From Phallusia mammillata (taxonomy: Eukaryota), in contig OZ281498.1 in assembly GCA_965637545.1 (NCBI GenBank), forward strand, positions 5,890,001 through 5,954,000: a stretch of 64,000 nucleotides of DNA, in the 5' to 3' direction. The position numbers and the translations under genes were made by a program. Shown piece by piece: positions 1-10,758 of the stretch (positions within the stretch are counted from its first letter, which is position 1; the number at the start of each line of letters is the position of its first letter). A model generated the notes under the pieces. That model saw nothing but the letters and a program-made list of their open reading frames with translations. It was not told the DNA's origin and searched no databases.

Positions 1-2001
1 CACCCAGTTCCTCAGCTGTTACATCTTCATTGGTTACAGACTTTAAAAAACAGAAAATGAAAATCAGTATATGTTTAGATACAATCATACTGGTTTTTTG
101 AAACAAACCTTTACAACATCTCTGCCGGTGATGAATAGGTAGGAGGTGTTTTTGACCATGAATGTAAAGTCAGTGAGTGCCGGGGAATACACTGCCCCCC
201 CAGCACATGGCCCCATGATCATAGAAATTTGAGGCACTACGCCTGATGACATGACATTTCTCTGTAAAACAGTAGAAAATGTAATATGTACATACAAAGT
301 AAATTTGGCAGAGTATACCTTTAGTATGCAAACAGGTTTGTAAGAAAGTTAACAAACAAAACAACAGTTGTAAATCCTGGTAATTTGATTCTGGAAATCA
401 TGCACTGTTCAATTACTATTCTTGCAATGATTTACACCAGTGGTTCTCGACCTTTTCGGTTTGCGGACTGGTAAACTTTCAAATAAATTTTGCGGACCGG
501 TGGAGTTTTAAAATCAAACCAAAATGTAATTATGACAAAAATACGCAATTCAAAAGAAGTGTGAAAAATTCATTTTAATGAGAGGTTTGCTGCTGTCTGT
601 TTGATATCATATGTGTTAAAAGCGGTTCTAATGAAGTTTCTGCAAGGCGAAGTAGAGTGTTAACTTCCACACGATTTCTCTGTTTGGTGTTGTAACGGTA
701 AAAAGCTTTTCTCAGATAGGTAAATTGTACAAAAAATCAGCAGTAATTCCATTGCTTGGACACCGCGCTCAGGATATTCGTTTTTAAGATAAATTCCTTA
801 GCTTTTACATACAACTGGTCTTGAATGAGTTGCACTTTAAACATTGAGGCACCACACTTAACAGCATTGTGACGTATGACATCGTCCAAAGCAGACTCTC
901 AACTTAGTCTTACGCCACAATGCTGCAAATTACGGAACGTGAGAAACTCCATCAGTTTGAAATGGGATGTTTTATTTCTTTAATCAATGGACAAGCCTTC
1001 AACATCTTTCATTTTGCAATTGAGATATAAAATTGTAATATATTGGCGGACCGACAGGAAAGTTGACGGGGACCGGCACGTGGACCGGCGGTTGAGAGCC
1101 ACTGATTTACATCTTTTATTGTACATATATATATCAAACAATATTTTTGTAACAAAACAACATTTTTTCTGATATATTTTGCTATTCAACACATAAAGCA
1201 CAAAATGACAAAACTGCATCTACAAAGGTTTAGTTTTACAAAATTGTCCAGACATCTTGAAAATTGTTTTTTAAGATTACCTGAAATATATCAGCATAAC
1301 CTGCAAGTGACTCGACTCCCTCCTGGATTCTCGCTCCCCCAGAATCATTTAAACCGATTACAGGTGCTCCTACCAGCATTGCTTGGTCCATCACCTGTAT
1401 TACATAAAATCGTTATTGACATTTAACCTTGCTGTGAGGTAAAATTTCAAACCTTGCATATTTTCTGTGCATGGGCACTGGACAGAGAGCCTCCGAAAAC
1501 TGTGAAATCTTGAGAGAAAACATATGCTGGGCGACCAAAGATAAACCCATGGCCAGTCACTACACTGTCTCCAGCAAACTACAAGCAAATACAGCATTAC
1601 ATGAAAGTGATATTTACTAAATCAAATTGCAGACATATATCATGCCTTATTTTCATCAGAATCCATTCCAAAATCAGTGCATCTTTGTTCCACAAACATG
1701 TCATATTCAATAAAGGAACCTTTGTCCAATAAAAGGTTTATGCGCTCCCTTGCAGTCAGCTTACCCTAAATATTGCATGCAAAATATATTGAGTAAACTG
1801 ACACAAATGATTTTTTATAGTACCCACCCTTTTGTGTTGTGCATCAATTCTATGCTGCCCGCCACCTAGCATTGCCCTTTTCCTTTTTTCCTTGATGTTG
1901 TCTTTGATAGGAAGAGTGCTCTGATAGCTGCATCTTGTGTGAGCTACAGGATTTCTGAGCAGATTTGAAAGGCACTGATGCCTACACACATGACCTAGCA
2001 T
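1..2001 (-). CDS. PCCB: Propionyl-CoA carboxylase beta chain, mitochondrial (5' part; continues past left edge)
   Basis: Exons 1828-2001, 1646-1765, 1453-1578, 1281-1394, 109-261 and 1-40 splice in frame to ...[13 protein letters not shown]|[18 protein letters not shown]...|[11 protein letters not shown]...[21 protein letters not shown]|[38 protein letters not shown]|[32 protein letters not shown]..., a close match to the carboxyltransferase beta subunit. Intron 1579-1645 is GC-AG. Confidence 0.97.
438..1104 (-). mobile_element. Internally deleted hAT (Charlie/Buster-type) DNA transposon with a degraded transposase C-terminus, in a PCCB intron
   Basis: TIRs CAGTGGTTCTCGACC / GGTTGAGAGCCACTG; 8-bp TSD atttacac/atttacat (nnnTAnnn). 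The minus strand at ~575-800 gives frameshifted KNEYP...[15 protein letters not shown] and [23 protein letters not shown]...SNRQQQTSH*, typical of the hAT C-terminal dimerisation region. Confidence 0.85.
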
Positions 2002-2453
2002 TTTTTGGCCTAGTTTTGATGTCTTCCTGAGATTATTCTAAGCACAAAAACAAGCAACACATATCAGTACATTCCAATAACGTTGAACATTTCATTACAT
2101 AGTATAGTGTTTAGAAAAATACATTGGAAAAATATATATCACACAGTGAAGATGAACTGTTTAATAAGGAATTCTAAACTAATAAAACACAACTTGAATT
2201 AAATTTGTAAAACAAATTAACACAGTAAAAAAATTAACCGTACATTCAAGGTACTTGGAACATACTTAGCACAGAGAAATACAAGCACAAGTTCATACAA
2301 AACTAAGTATGACCATAAGAATCATAGATGCAGCATTTGAAGTATTTACAAATACAATGCAGAGTATAAAAATATAGCGTGTTTGGATTGAAGAAAATAC
2401 TGTATCAGCATAGTTACTAACAAAAACACAAATAACATGTACACAAAAGCAAT

Positions 2454-5225
2454 CTAAGGCTTGAATGGGTCGAATTTGGCTAGGTCATGAATCCTGTCAC
2501 AAAACGGAATGTAGTTGACATCATTTTTTCCACCAATCCTGACATTAAATTTGTTAAAGATGACTCTGAATTCCTGTTCACTGAGCAAGTTGCCCATTTC
2601 AAGTTCACTAAGGACTCGGTGAAACTGATATCTTGAAACAGTGCCATTGTGGACTCTATCATAGTCCTCGAACAGGGGGAAAAGTTGTGTTCGTGTTTTT
2701 CTGACATGCTCAGCAACCCTCATCATGGCCAAATCATAAACAATCTCAGCTTCCTTTGACATTGTGTTTTGCTGCCATTCCACAGGGGGCTTAAACTGTG
2801 ATGGGGTCATCAGTGGATTTTTCACAAGATTTTTTATTGTAAAGATAGATTCGATTTCATCACAGAATGCCAAGTAATCGATAAAACCAGGATGGCTGCC
2901 AGATCTAAATGCATCACATAGTATGTTAACTTCAGATTCCTTGAGCTCAAGGCCAGCAAGATCCATTGCTCTTTGAAAGTTTGCCTTGATAATGCGGCCT
3001 GTTTTGAGCTTGTCATAGTCCTTCATGAACTCATATACTCTCATTCGCTCTTTGTATACTTTAGCCTTTATTTTGGTGATGATGGCATTTAGATCAACCA
3101 ACGCATCAATTTCATGTGGCTTCTTCTGTGCATTTACTGCTTGCAATTCTTTTAGGTGCTCTTTGTATTTTGGTACTTGCCCAATCTGGGGTACAAGCTC
3201 ACTCAAAAATCGAATGTAGTCAAAGCCAATGTCATCAGTAAATTTATCTTGAATGGCATTCACCTCATCTTCATCAGCATGCAAATCTAATGAAGCAAGA
3301 CACTGTCTAAATTGCGATTTTGTTACATGACCATTGTTGTGCCTATCAAAATCTTGAAAAACTGGCTTGGCAAGTAGCCGACGTTGAATTGCACGACTGC
3401 GCATCCTCGCCATTGCTTCATCAAACACAACCAAAGTTTTTTCGTCAATTCCACTCCAATTCGCAAAAGTACCTTCTTTTGGCAAAACATAGGTTTCAAT
3501 GGGTGGCACTTCTTTGCATGGATCCTTTTCCAAATCAGGCTGAGTGAAAACAGAATCAATTTCTCTAAAAAATCTGGTGAGCACAATACAGTCTGGTTTC
3601 TTGGGATCAACAAGATATTCTTGCAGGGCATGCAACTGGGCTTTGTTTAACCATGTTACACCCATAGCATCCAAACCTCTGGAAAAGATGTCTTGGGAAA
3701 TTGATCCGCTTCTCAGATGGTCATAATCTCTAAAGAACTCAACAATCCTAATTCTGTTTACCACTACATGATGACGAATTCTCGAAATCACAGCATTGAT
3801 GTCGACATGTGAAGTGTTAATAGTTGGTTCTGGTTGCGGTTCAACATATTTGGTTGTAGGTGTGTCTTTTGGGGCATCAACCGTGTAATGGTTAAATTCT
3901 TTATCAATGGCCTGACAGAATGCTGGGTAGTTGACATCGCCACTAATTGGTTCCTCAAACTTTCGGCAAATGAGTTTTAGATCTTCTTCATTCACACTCA
4001 GACTAAGGAAATGCAAAATTCTTGCAAATTGTGCCTTGGTAACATTCCTGGTGTATGCAACACCCCTGTCATAATCTTTAAAGTAGGGGTACAACATTAG
4101 GCGTCGTTTTCTAACAACCTCAGACAGATTGGCAAGGACCTCAAGAAGCTTTTGTTCTTCCTCACCTGACAAGTGTGTCAAAGATCTTGTGAGGGAACCT
4201 GATGGTGGGGCTACAGGGTGGACGGTGGGTTTCTTCTCAAGGCCTGGTACATTAAATGCATTCTCCATTATGTCACAGAAGGTCTTGTACTGCACCCTTC
4301 CATCTTCTGTGAGAAAGTGATCAGTTAGCTTGGTTATTTCCTCTTTAGTGAGTTGAGCTTGTTTTCCGCAACCCTGAGACAAACCACACACAAATTGATT
4401 TTCAGTAATAATACCACTTCGTAGCTTATCATGGTCCTTGAAGAACTCAGTGGTTCTGATACCATTTTTGTACACAGCTACTCTGATCTTGTCAAAAATC
4501 GATGCTAAATCCGGGTTACTGTAAACACTAGCATCAAAGTACTGATCAGGATTTGTTGGAACTGGTGCAAAAGGTGACAACACCATTTTGTCCAGGGATG
4601 ACATGTTTCGAATTTGTTCCACATCCTGATGAAAATTAAGGTAATTAGTCATACCAGGCTTGATAGGGTCCTGGTAGTATTGAGCCAGCAGTCTTATTTC
4701 GCTTTCAGTCACATCTGGTGGTCCAGGAAACTGGCGAGCAAACTGGGATACTGTCACAAGTCCATTGTGATGCCTGTCAAAGTCTTCATAGCACGTTCTA
4801 ATATTGACACCATGGTAAGTGTAGTAGTTTTGAATCTTATTGAGAATTGCTTTGACATCATCAGCGACATCAGGTCCACGCTCAATATGTGATCGCTCAG
4901 TGCGGAGATATTCTGGTATTTGAACAGTTTGGGACTCTGGATCAACAGCCAAGTGATCAGGATAAAAGTTTTTGTCGATCACATCAGAAAAGGCTCTATA
5001 GTTGACCATGTTATCTTTCTTGAGACGATACTTTTCAACAAGTTGATTTGCTTGATCTTCACTAAGTTTGAGACCCAAAAACTGGTCAAGACATCTTTTA
5101 AATTGAGATGGAGTGATGTATCCAGATCTTAGGCGGTCAAAATCTTTGAAAAATTCAGACACACGAACACGCTTTGTTTTTAGTGTAGTGCGAATATCAT
5201 TTTCAATTTTTTCCAGAGCCCCCAT
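2454..5225 (-). CDS. Intronless 923-aa protein of four ~235-240-aa EF-hand-pair repeats; probable axonemal/ciliary protein (CFAP115-like architecture, tentative)
   Basis: Single open frame; first ATG at 5225 (MGALEK). Alternating motifs R.xEFFKD(F/H/Y)DxLRSG.I (x4) and (F/Y)xD(F/Y)DRxxNGxV(T/S)xxQF (x4). Splice acceptor ttaaattgcag just upstream (~5270). Confidence 0.8.
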   Translation of the reverse strand: MGALEKIENDIRTTLKTKRVRVSEFFKDFDRLRSGYITPSQFKRCLDQFLGLKLSEDQANQLVEKYRLKKDNMVNYRAFSDVIDKNFYPDHLAVDPESQTVQIPEYLRTERSHIERGPDVADDVKAILNKIQNYYTYHGVNIRTCYEDFDRHHNGLVTVSQFARQFPGPPDVTESEIRLLAQYYQDPIKPGMTNYLNFHQDVEQIRNMSSLDKMVLSPFAPVPTNPDQYFDASVYSNPDLASIFDKIRVAVYKNGIRTTEFFKDHDKLRSGIITENQFVCGLSQGCGKQAQLTKEEITKLTDHFLTEDGRVQYKTFCDIMENAFNVPGLEKKPTVHPVAPPSGSLTRSLTHLSGEEEQKLLEVLANLSEVVRKRRLMLYPYFKDYDRGVAYTRNVTKAQFARILHFLSLSVNEEDLKLICRKFEEPISGDVNYPAFCQAIDKEFNHYTVDAPKDTPTTKYVEPQPEPTINTSHVDINAVISRIRHHVVVNRIRIVEFFRDYDHLRSGSISQDIFSRGLDAMGVTWLNKAQLHALQEYLVDPKKPDCIVLTRFFREIDSVFTQPDLEKDPCKEVPPIETYVLPKEGTFANWSGIDEKTLVVFDEAMARMRSRAIQRRLLAKPVFQDFDRHNNGHVTKSQFRQCLASLDLHADEDEVNAIQDKFTDDIGFDYIRFLSELVPQIGQVPKYKEHLKELQAVNAQKKPHEIDALVDLNAIITKIKAKVYKERMRVYEFMKDYDKLKTGRIIKANFQRAMDLAGLELKESEVNILCDAFRSGSHPGFIDYLAFCDEIESIFTIKNLVKNPLMTPSQFKPPVEWQQNTMSKEAEIVYDLAMMRVAEHVRKTRTQLFPLFEDYDRVHNGTVSRYQFHRVLSELEMGNLLSEQEFRVIFNKFNVRIGGKNDVNYIPFCDRIHDLAKFDPFKP

Positions 5226-5796
5226 TTTAAACAATATACAGGGCAAAACTAGCAATATACAGGGCTACCCTGCAATTTAAAAAAAACAACAACTTATTAT
5301 TACCTGATTTAGACACATGTTATGCACAAAATGTTCTTGCATTAGTATAACAGGTTGCATATTTCCAGAAGTAAAATCTTAAAATTTGTTCTATAAAGTA
5401 ATGCTTCAATTATTGTAACTTCATAAAACAGTAGTCAACTAAAATGTGAGCACAAGTCATCTCAATCGTTTTCAGTTTAAATGTTAAACATCAATCGAAA
5501 AATGTTTTAATGTTTAACAATAATTGAACTGCTATACAACCCAACAGCATATTTTTAAAACTACAAAGGCATTACTTGTAGGATTGTAGCACATGTTTAA
5601 AATACGAAGTCAAGAAGCATTAAACTTATAGTTTGATTATTATTTTTGGTTTTGAACACATAGTTACAAAACATTCAGATACAAAAGCAATATTTAGACA
5701 GGTATGCATATTTTCTAAGCACTTTACACATTATTGATGGTACCGCACAGTTTTTATACGTAGGTAAATAAGCAACACACGAAACCAATTCAGCAA

Positions 5797-5810
5797 GTTT
5801 CCATAGACAC
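5797..5810. promoter_or_regulatory. Candidate RFX X-box upstream of the EF-hand repeat gene
   Basis: GTTTCCATAGACAC is one mismatch from GTTTCCATAGAAAC and lies in the divergent intergenic region between the EF-hand gene and GHITM. Confidence 0.3.
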
Positions 5811-6790
5811 GGTAACCACAAACGACCACCAACCACCACTTTAGCGAAAGTAAAAATTTGCTCACGCGAGTTTTTTTAAGATCAAGCAAAAATATACTGC
5901 AGTTTAAGTAGTTTGTAAAAAAATCTTTAATTTTGGTGAACAAAAAGCTGGAAATATTTTTTCAGAAACAAGATGCGTATTTTGGGAGATCCTGAATCCC
6001 TTTTTGGGAATAGGTTGAGTTGAATTGAGTATTGAAATACGAATCAAAGAAAGAATCCAACTTGAGATTGCTTTTTTTATTCTCATATTGAACAAGTTTT
6101 CGTTTTATCAATTACAAAGCGCAAAATTATGACCAAGATCAAACTAAGATCCAGCCGGAGCATTGCATGACTTTGCATCACGCCGAATAGGACAATGGGG
6201 ACATCACGTGACACAACACACAGCAAAGGCATCAATAACAAAACGGAGAAGAAACTTATGGAAGGATTGGGTTGACTTGATTGCGTATTGCATAACAAGT
6301 GACAAATATTAAGACAAGAACAAGATAGTATTAATGGTATAAGTGGCGGTTTGAAGGCATAGGGACATGCTTAAGCGAAGATCGTTCGTTTGTTCATTCG
6401 TAATTGAGGCTATATTGTGTTAGTTATTGTTGTCTGTTTTGACGTAAAGTCGTTAACTACTACAAGCGCAGTTTATGAAATGTTTTGTATAAAAATAACT
6501 ATATTGCAGCTAAAAAATAGGGTTGAAATTTTATTGTTTGACTTCTGTATTTTTTAAGTTTTAAAGATTGGTTGATCGTTGATGCCTGATGATTTAACTG
6601 TTGACACTTGACACCAACAGTAACAAGTGAAATGCTAACAAAGTTTGGTTATTATTATTTAAGAGGTAAATGCCAATCCAAAATGTTGCTCTATAATTTT
6701 AATATATATTCATAATTGCTAAACCGTAAAACTATTAATGAAACTTACTGGTTTAGGTGTTGGTAAGCCTAATTTTGTTGGTACCTGATA

Positions 6791-7804
6791 ATGCTTAGCA
6801 AAGCTATCAGTATGCAAAGCCTTTGGGCTAAAGGTTCCATCTCTAAAGTACGACTTTTTGTAAATGTAACACAAAAGCCTGGACTGGGTGGAAAACTTTT
6901 GAAGAACCGATTTTCAACTTCAACACAGCTGCCTGCTCGTGGGGCAAGAGTAAGAAGCAAAGCAACTACTTCAATTCCTGGCAAGCTCACTGCCATTTCT
7001 GTTGGTCAAGCCTCTTTGGCTGGGGCATCGTTACTTGGTATTGGTGGTTTGTGCTTTTATGGACTTGGATTTTCAAGTGAAGTTGGAGCTATTGACAAAG
7101 CTGCAGTCTGGCCCCAGTATGTACGGCAACGGATTCGTGACACATATTTGTATTTTGGCGGATCTTTGTTGGCGACTGCTGGATCAGCATTGGCAATTGC
7201 AAGAAACCCCACTTTAATGAGCATTGTGTCAAGGAATGGCATAGTTTCAATGGTTGTCACCATTGGGGCAATGATTGGTACATCTATGTTATGCCGTAGC
7301 ATCGAATACAAGCCTGGCTTTGGGCCAAAACAAATGGCCTGGCTTCTGCACACAGCTGTGATAGGTGCAGTTATAGCTCCATTAACTGTTCTTGGTGGTC
7401 CACTTATGATTCGAGCTGCCTGGTACACTGCTGGTGTCGTGGCTGGTCTATCCACAGTAGCAGTTTGTGCTCCCAGTGATAAATTCCTAAACATGGGTGG
7501 ACCACTGGCTGCAGGTCTAGGTGTTGTATTTGTTTCCAGTATTGGTTCTGCTTTTTTTCCACCAACTGGTGCTCTTGGTCTCAGCCTGTACTCTATTGCT
7601 ATCTATGGTGGACTAATTCTGTTTGGAGGATTTTTGTTGTATGACACACAACGGATTATCAAACATGCGGAGTCAATGCCGCATCCAGCATACACAATGA
7701 GGCCCTTTGACCCGGTAAATGCAAGTATGAGTATTTACATGGATGCAGTTAACATATTTATACGAATTTTGATGATCATGGCTAATGGCAACCGAAGGAA
7801 GTAA
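6791..7804 (+). CDS. GHITM: Growth hormone-inducible transmembrane protein (TMBIM5/MICS1, Bax inhibitor-1 family), intronless
   Basis: 337-aa ORF with an N-terminal mitochondrial-type presequence, WPQYVRQRIRDTYLYFGGSL, APSDKFLNMGGPL, LYDTQRII and FDPVNASMSIYMDAVNIFIRI. Confidence 0.96.
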   Translation: MLSKAISMQSLWAKGSISKVRLFVNVTQKPGLGGKLLKNRFSTSTQLPARGARVRSKATTSIPGKLTAISVGQASLAGASLLGIGGLCFYGLGFSSEVGAIDKAAVWPQYVRQRIRDTYLYFGGSLLATAGSALAIARNPTLMSIVSRNGIVSMVVTIGAMIGTSMLCRSIEYKPGFGPKQMAWLLHTAVIGAVIAPLTVLGGPLMIRAAWYTAGVVAGLSTVAVCAPSDKFLNMGGPLAAGLGVVFVSSIGSAFFPPTGALGLSLYSIAIYGGLILFGGFLLYDTQRIIKHAESMPHPAYTMRPFDPVNASMSIYMDAVNIFIRILMIMANGNRRK

Positions 7805-7949
7805 GAACTTTAAAAAAGCATAATACTGTTGTATGTATGTATTTTATTTTGTTCGCTTTTGTGTGATGCATTCTAAAAACAATGTAATGAAAAAATGTAT
7901 TAGCATTGTTTTCAAAAGTTCTTTTGGAAAAGTTTTGTATCCATTATTG

Positions 7950-10492
7950 TCAGGATGCCACGGCAGGAAAAGCGTTAACTTTGCTAACTACAAGTTTCTT
8001 ATGCTGGTGTGAAATGTAACCTCGTATGTTTCCAGCATATATTAGTCCAGCAACAATACACTCTGTTTCATCCATATCAATGTCAGTGATCTAGTAATGT
8101 AAATCATACAATGAATTTTTAACACACCAAAAAAAAATTTAATTAATTTACCCCCTGCCCATGTAGTGCTTCAGTAAATGCCTGCAAAGGAATTTGATGT
8201 GTACCAAGTATGTTGCTAACTCGCTTGAAAAGTGTACGAAATGTAGTTGCTCTTAGCTTTTCCAATATCAAATACACGCCAGTTTGAATAAAAAATGATT
8301 CGTGCTCCAGTAATGTACAATTTAATAAATGTACATTTCCAGTTCTAAAAATGTATGTCAATTAATACTGTACAGATAAAATGGTGTATAGCTTTTGTAA
8401 ATGGAGTTGCTTACCTTACAGCCATAACTATATCTCTGTACTGGCTTAGGTTATGGCTGTGCAGCAAATCAATGGGAGGCAATCGCCCTAGCAGCATTTT
8501 GACTGGAATTAGATAAATTAAAATTCGTTTTAGATTACTTCTTGCATCAGCATGGCAGTTGGTATAGGCATATGTAAGAAATTCCTCAGCTAAATGAGTA
8601 AACATAATGTAAGAGCAGAGTAAAATTTAAGTACACAGTCACACAATTCGAAACCTTGTGTAAAATTGCTATCAAACATTGCTTTTCTTCCCACATAGTA
8701 TCTGAAAAATGTGTTGTGCTTGTCAAAAAAGGAATATTTTAAATGAACAAATTTAAACAAAACATACTTATACGTGATTTTTTGTGCGAGGGAAAATTCA
8801 TCTTTGATGTTGCTGCTTTCTATTGCACGTATCAAAGGTTTGCACAAGTGGAGTTTTCCTATCCTTCAAACCATAAAAAACACATTTAACACATCATAGG
8901 GTTTTTGTTAACACTGTACCTGAAGTATATTTTGAACAGCTGATTGACAAGAAACAACATTCCCCATTTTTTCGAAACATCGATTGCTGCTCGACTGTAA
9001 ACAAATGAAAAAACGAATTAATGAAACATTTCAAGGATGGGCTTTGGGAAAAATCACAGTTTTAGCATTCAACTCAGAGATTCTCAAGGTTTTTTCTTGT
9101 TCAAGACAAACCTTGCCACCAAATTTCTTTATCACACAATTCCACATAAACTTGGCTTATATGTTTTTCCCTTCATGTGTGTCCAATTTAGGCTGTTTAC
9201 CAGTAAAGCAACAAAATATATATTAACTTACCCATCACTTGCACACACTCGAAAACAGCTCATAATGGTATCAGCAGCTTTTTCAAGTGTATCCCCCTTC
9301 TTTCCTTTATTGTGTTGAAGTATTTCTTGTTCTACCTATTTTATACATTATTGTAAAACCCTTGCACTATATATATTCTTTTAATGTAAAATTTACAAAA
9401 CAAACAATCCACTAGAACTAGAGTGTACAAAAATGACATGGTCTTAAACCGAACCTACTTCATTTGCAAAATTTCTGAGGTCTAATATAAGTGTGTACAT
9501 CAAAGGCAAAGACCTAGAAACAAGAAATATATGTTTTAAGTACATTCACTACTACCATATTGCAACATTTATAATACAAACCAATTATCATCCTTTTGGG
9601 GTTGAAATATTCTCACAAAAATTTGTACAGAAAGAACCTGGCAAGCATAAGCCTCCCGATAATTGCAATTGGCAACAGCAACACATCCTCTAAAAACAAC
9701 ATAAATTTTCACTCAAAAAATAAAATTATGAACTTGAGATGTGCACATGCCAAATAACAAACTTGAGATGTGCTGCAACTAATTCATCATATGGGGTATC
9801 CAAAATTCTTTGACACAATAATTCTGGGGATTCCTTGTGCAATTTTGGATTTGAAACATGTGAATCTTTAAATGATAACAATTTTGCCAATATGAAAGCA
9901 TCTGCATTGTCAAGAGAAGACGACACCTGAAATGACATAGTTCACGAAAGATTAAACAGAATAGATGATGCATGGCTTTTTAGTCTGTTACTCCCAACAA
10001 ACTGGAGTGCTATTGGATGGCTATACTAGTCAATACCTTCTATCTCCCGTCACCAGTTGCACTGATGAGACCTTATAAGTCAAAACAGTGTGCACTGTCT
10101 GCAGCTTGTCATATATTTGCTCAATGCTTTTCAATTTTTTTTTCAATACATTGAGAGTAAAATTAAATACTACAAGGTAATTCATGAAATGTTTCTTTTT
10201 GCCAAATACAGCCTTTTTTCACATTTTAAACAGCTGGGTAATTTAAATTATTGATCTTATTTTGTTTCCTGGATTTTAATTTTTGGCCAAACATTTAAAA
10301 AATACAGTTCAACAAAACTGGCAGTTAAATCATGAATGACCCTACAAAGCCCAGACATTTGCATACTGGTCATTCTTTCAAGTTTCAACTATATAATCAA
10401 AGCAACTTTGAAAATGTTAACAACTATATTTTACCAAATGTGCAAGAACATCATACCTCGAGCAAATAAGCATTGAGTGTTGGAAACGACAT
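7950..10492 (-). CDS. PCID2: PCI domain-containing protein 2 (TREX-2 subunit), ~11 exons
   Basis: Start exon 10457-10492 ([12 protein letters not shown]), then 9763-9926 ([14 protein letters not shown]...[10 protein letters not shown]). Further exons encode [93 protein letters not shown]. The last exon ends [23 protein letters not shown] (TGA 7950-7952). Confidence 0.95.
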
Positions 10493-10758
10493 TACAAGAT
10501 ATCCGGTGTAGTCAAATCAAAAAGCTATCAAAAACTGATAACGTGTTGATGATACTGCAAACGAGGTTACTAACAAATGAAAAATACAAACACCCGCCAA
10601 ACCAAATTTATCACAAACATAGAAATCATACATTATCCGCGTATGATTTTTGTGGAACAACATAAGCTACTCGCACTTGGTTACAAACGGCTTGGTATTT
10701 TTTCAGCAGTTGTCAGCACTTATTAACGTACTTTTACAAATTTATTCTGCATTTTAAA

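Noticed and set aside
119-125. Reading AGA as Gly (ascidian mitochondrial code) to explain the PCCB change
   Set aside because: This is a nuclear spliced gene using the standard code, and Gly would not restore Pro anyway.
5900-6330. Possible small spliced plus-strand ORF between the EF-hand gene and GHITM (acceptor ~5965, donor ~6015)
   Set aside because: No frame gives a recognisable or reasonably long protein. It is more likely 5' UTR exons or promoter sequence.
7057-7494. 145-aa antisense ORF and many similar short ORFs in the track
   Set aside because: These are shadows of real genes on the opposite strand or frame, with no independent motifs.
9975-10110. H/ACA snoRNA-like hairpins in PCID2 intron 1
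   Set aside because: One plausible hairpin and an ANANNA exist, but the 3' half folds as two short stems rather than a single pocketed hairpin. It needs an Infernal/snoGPS search; unsupported by eye.
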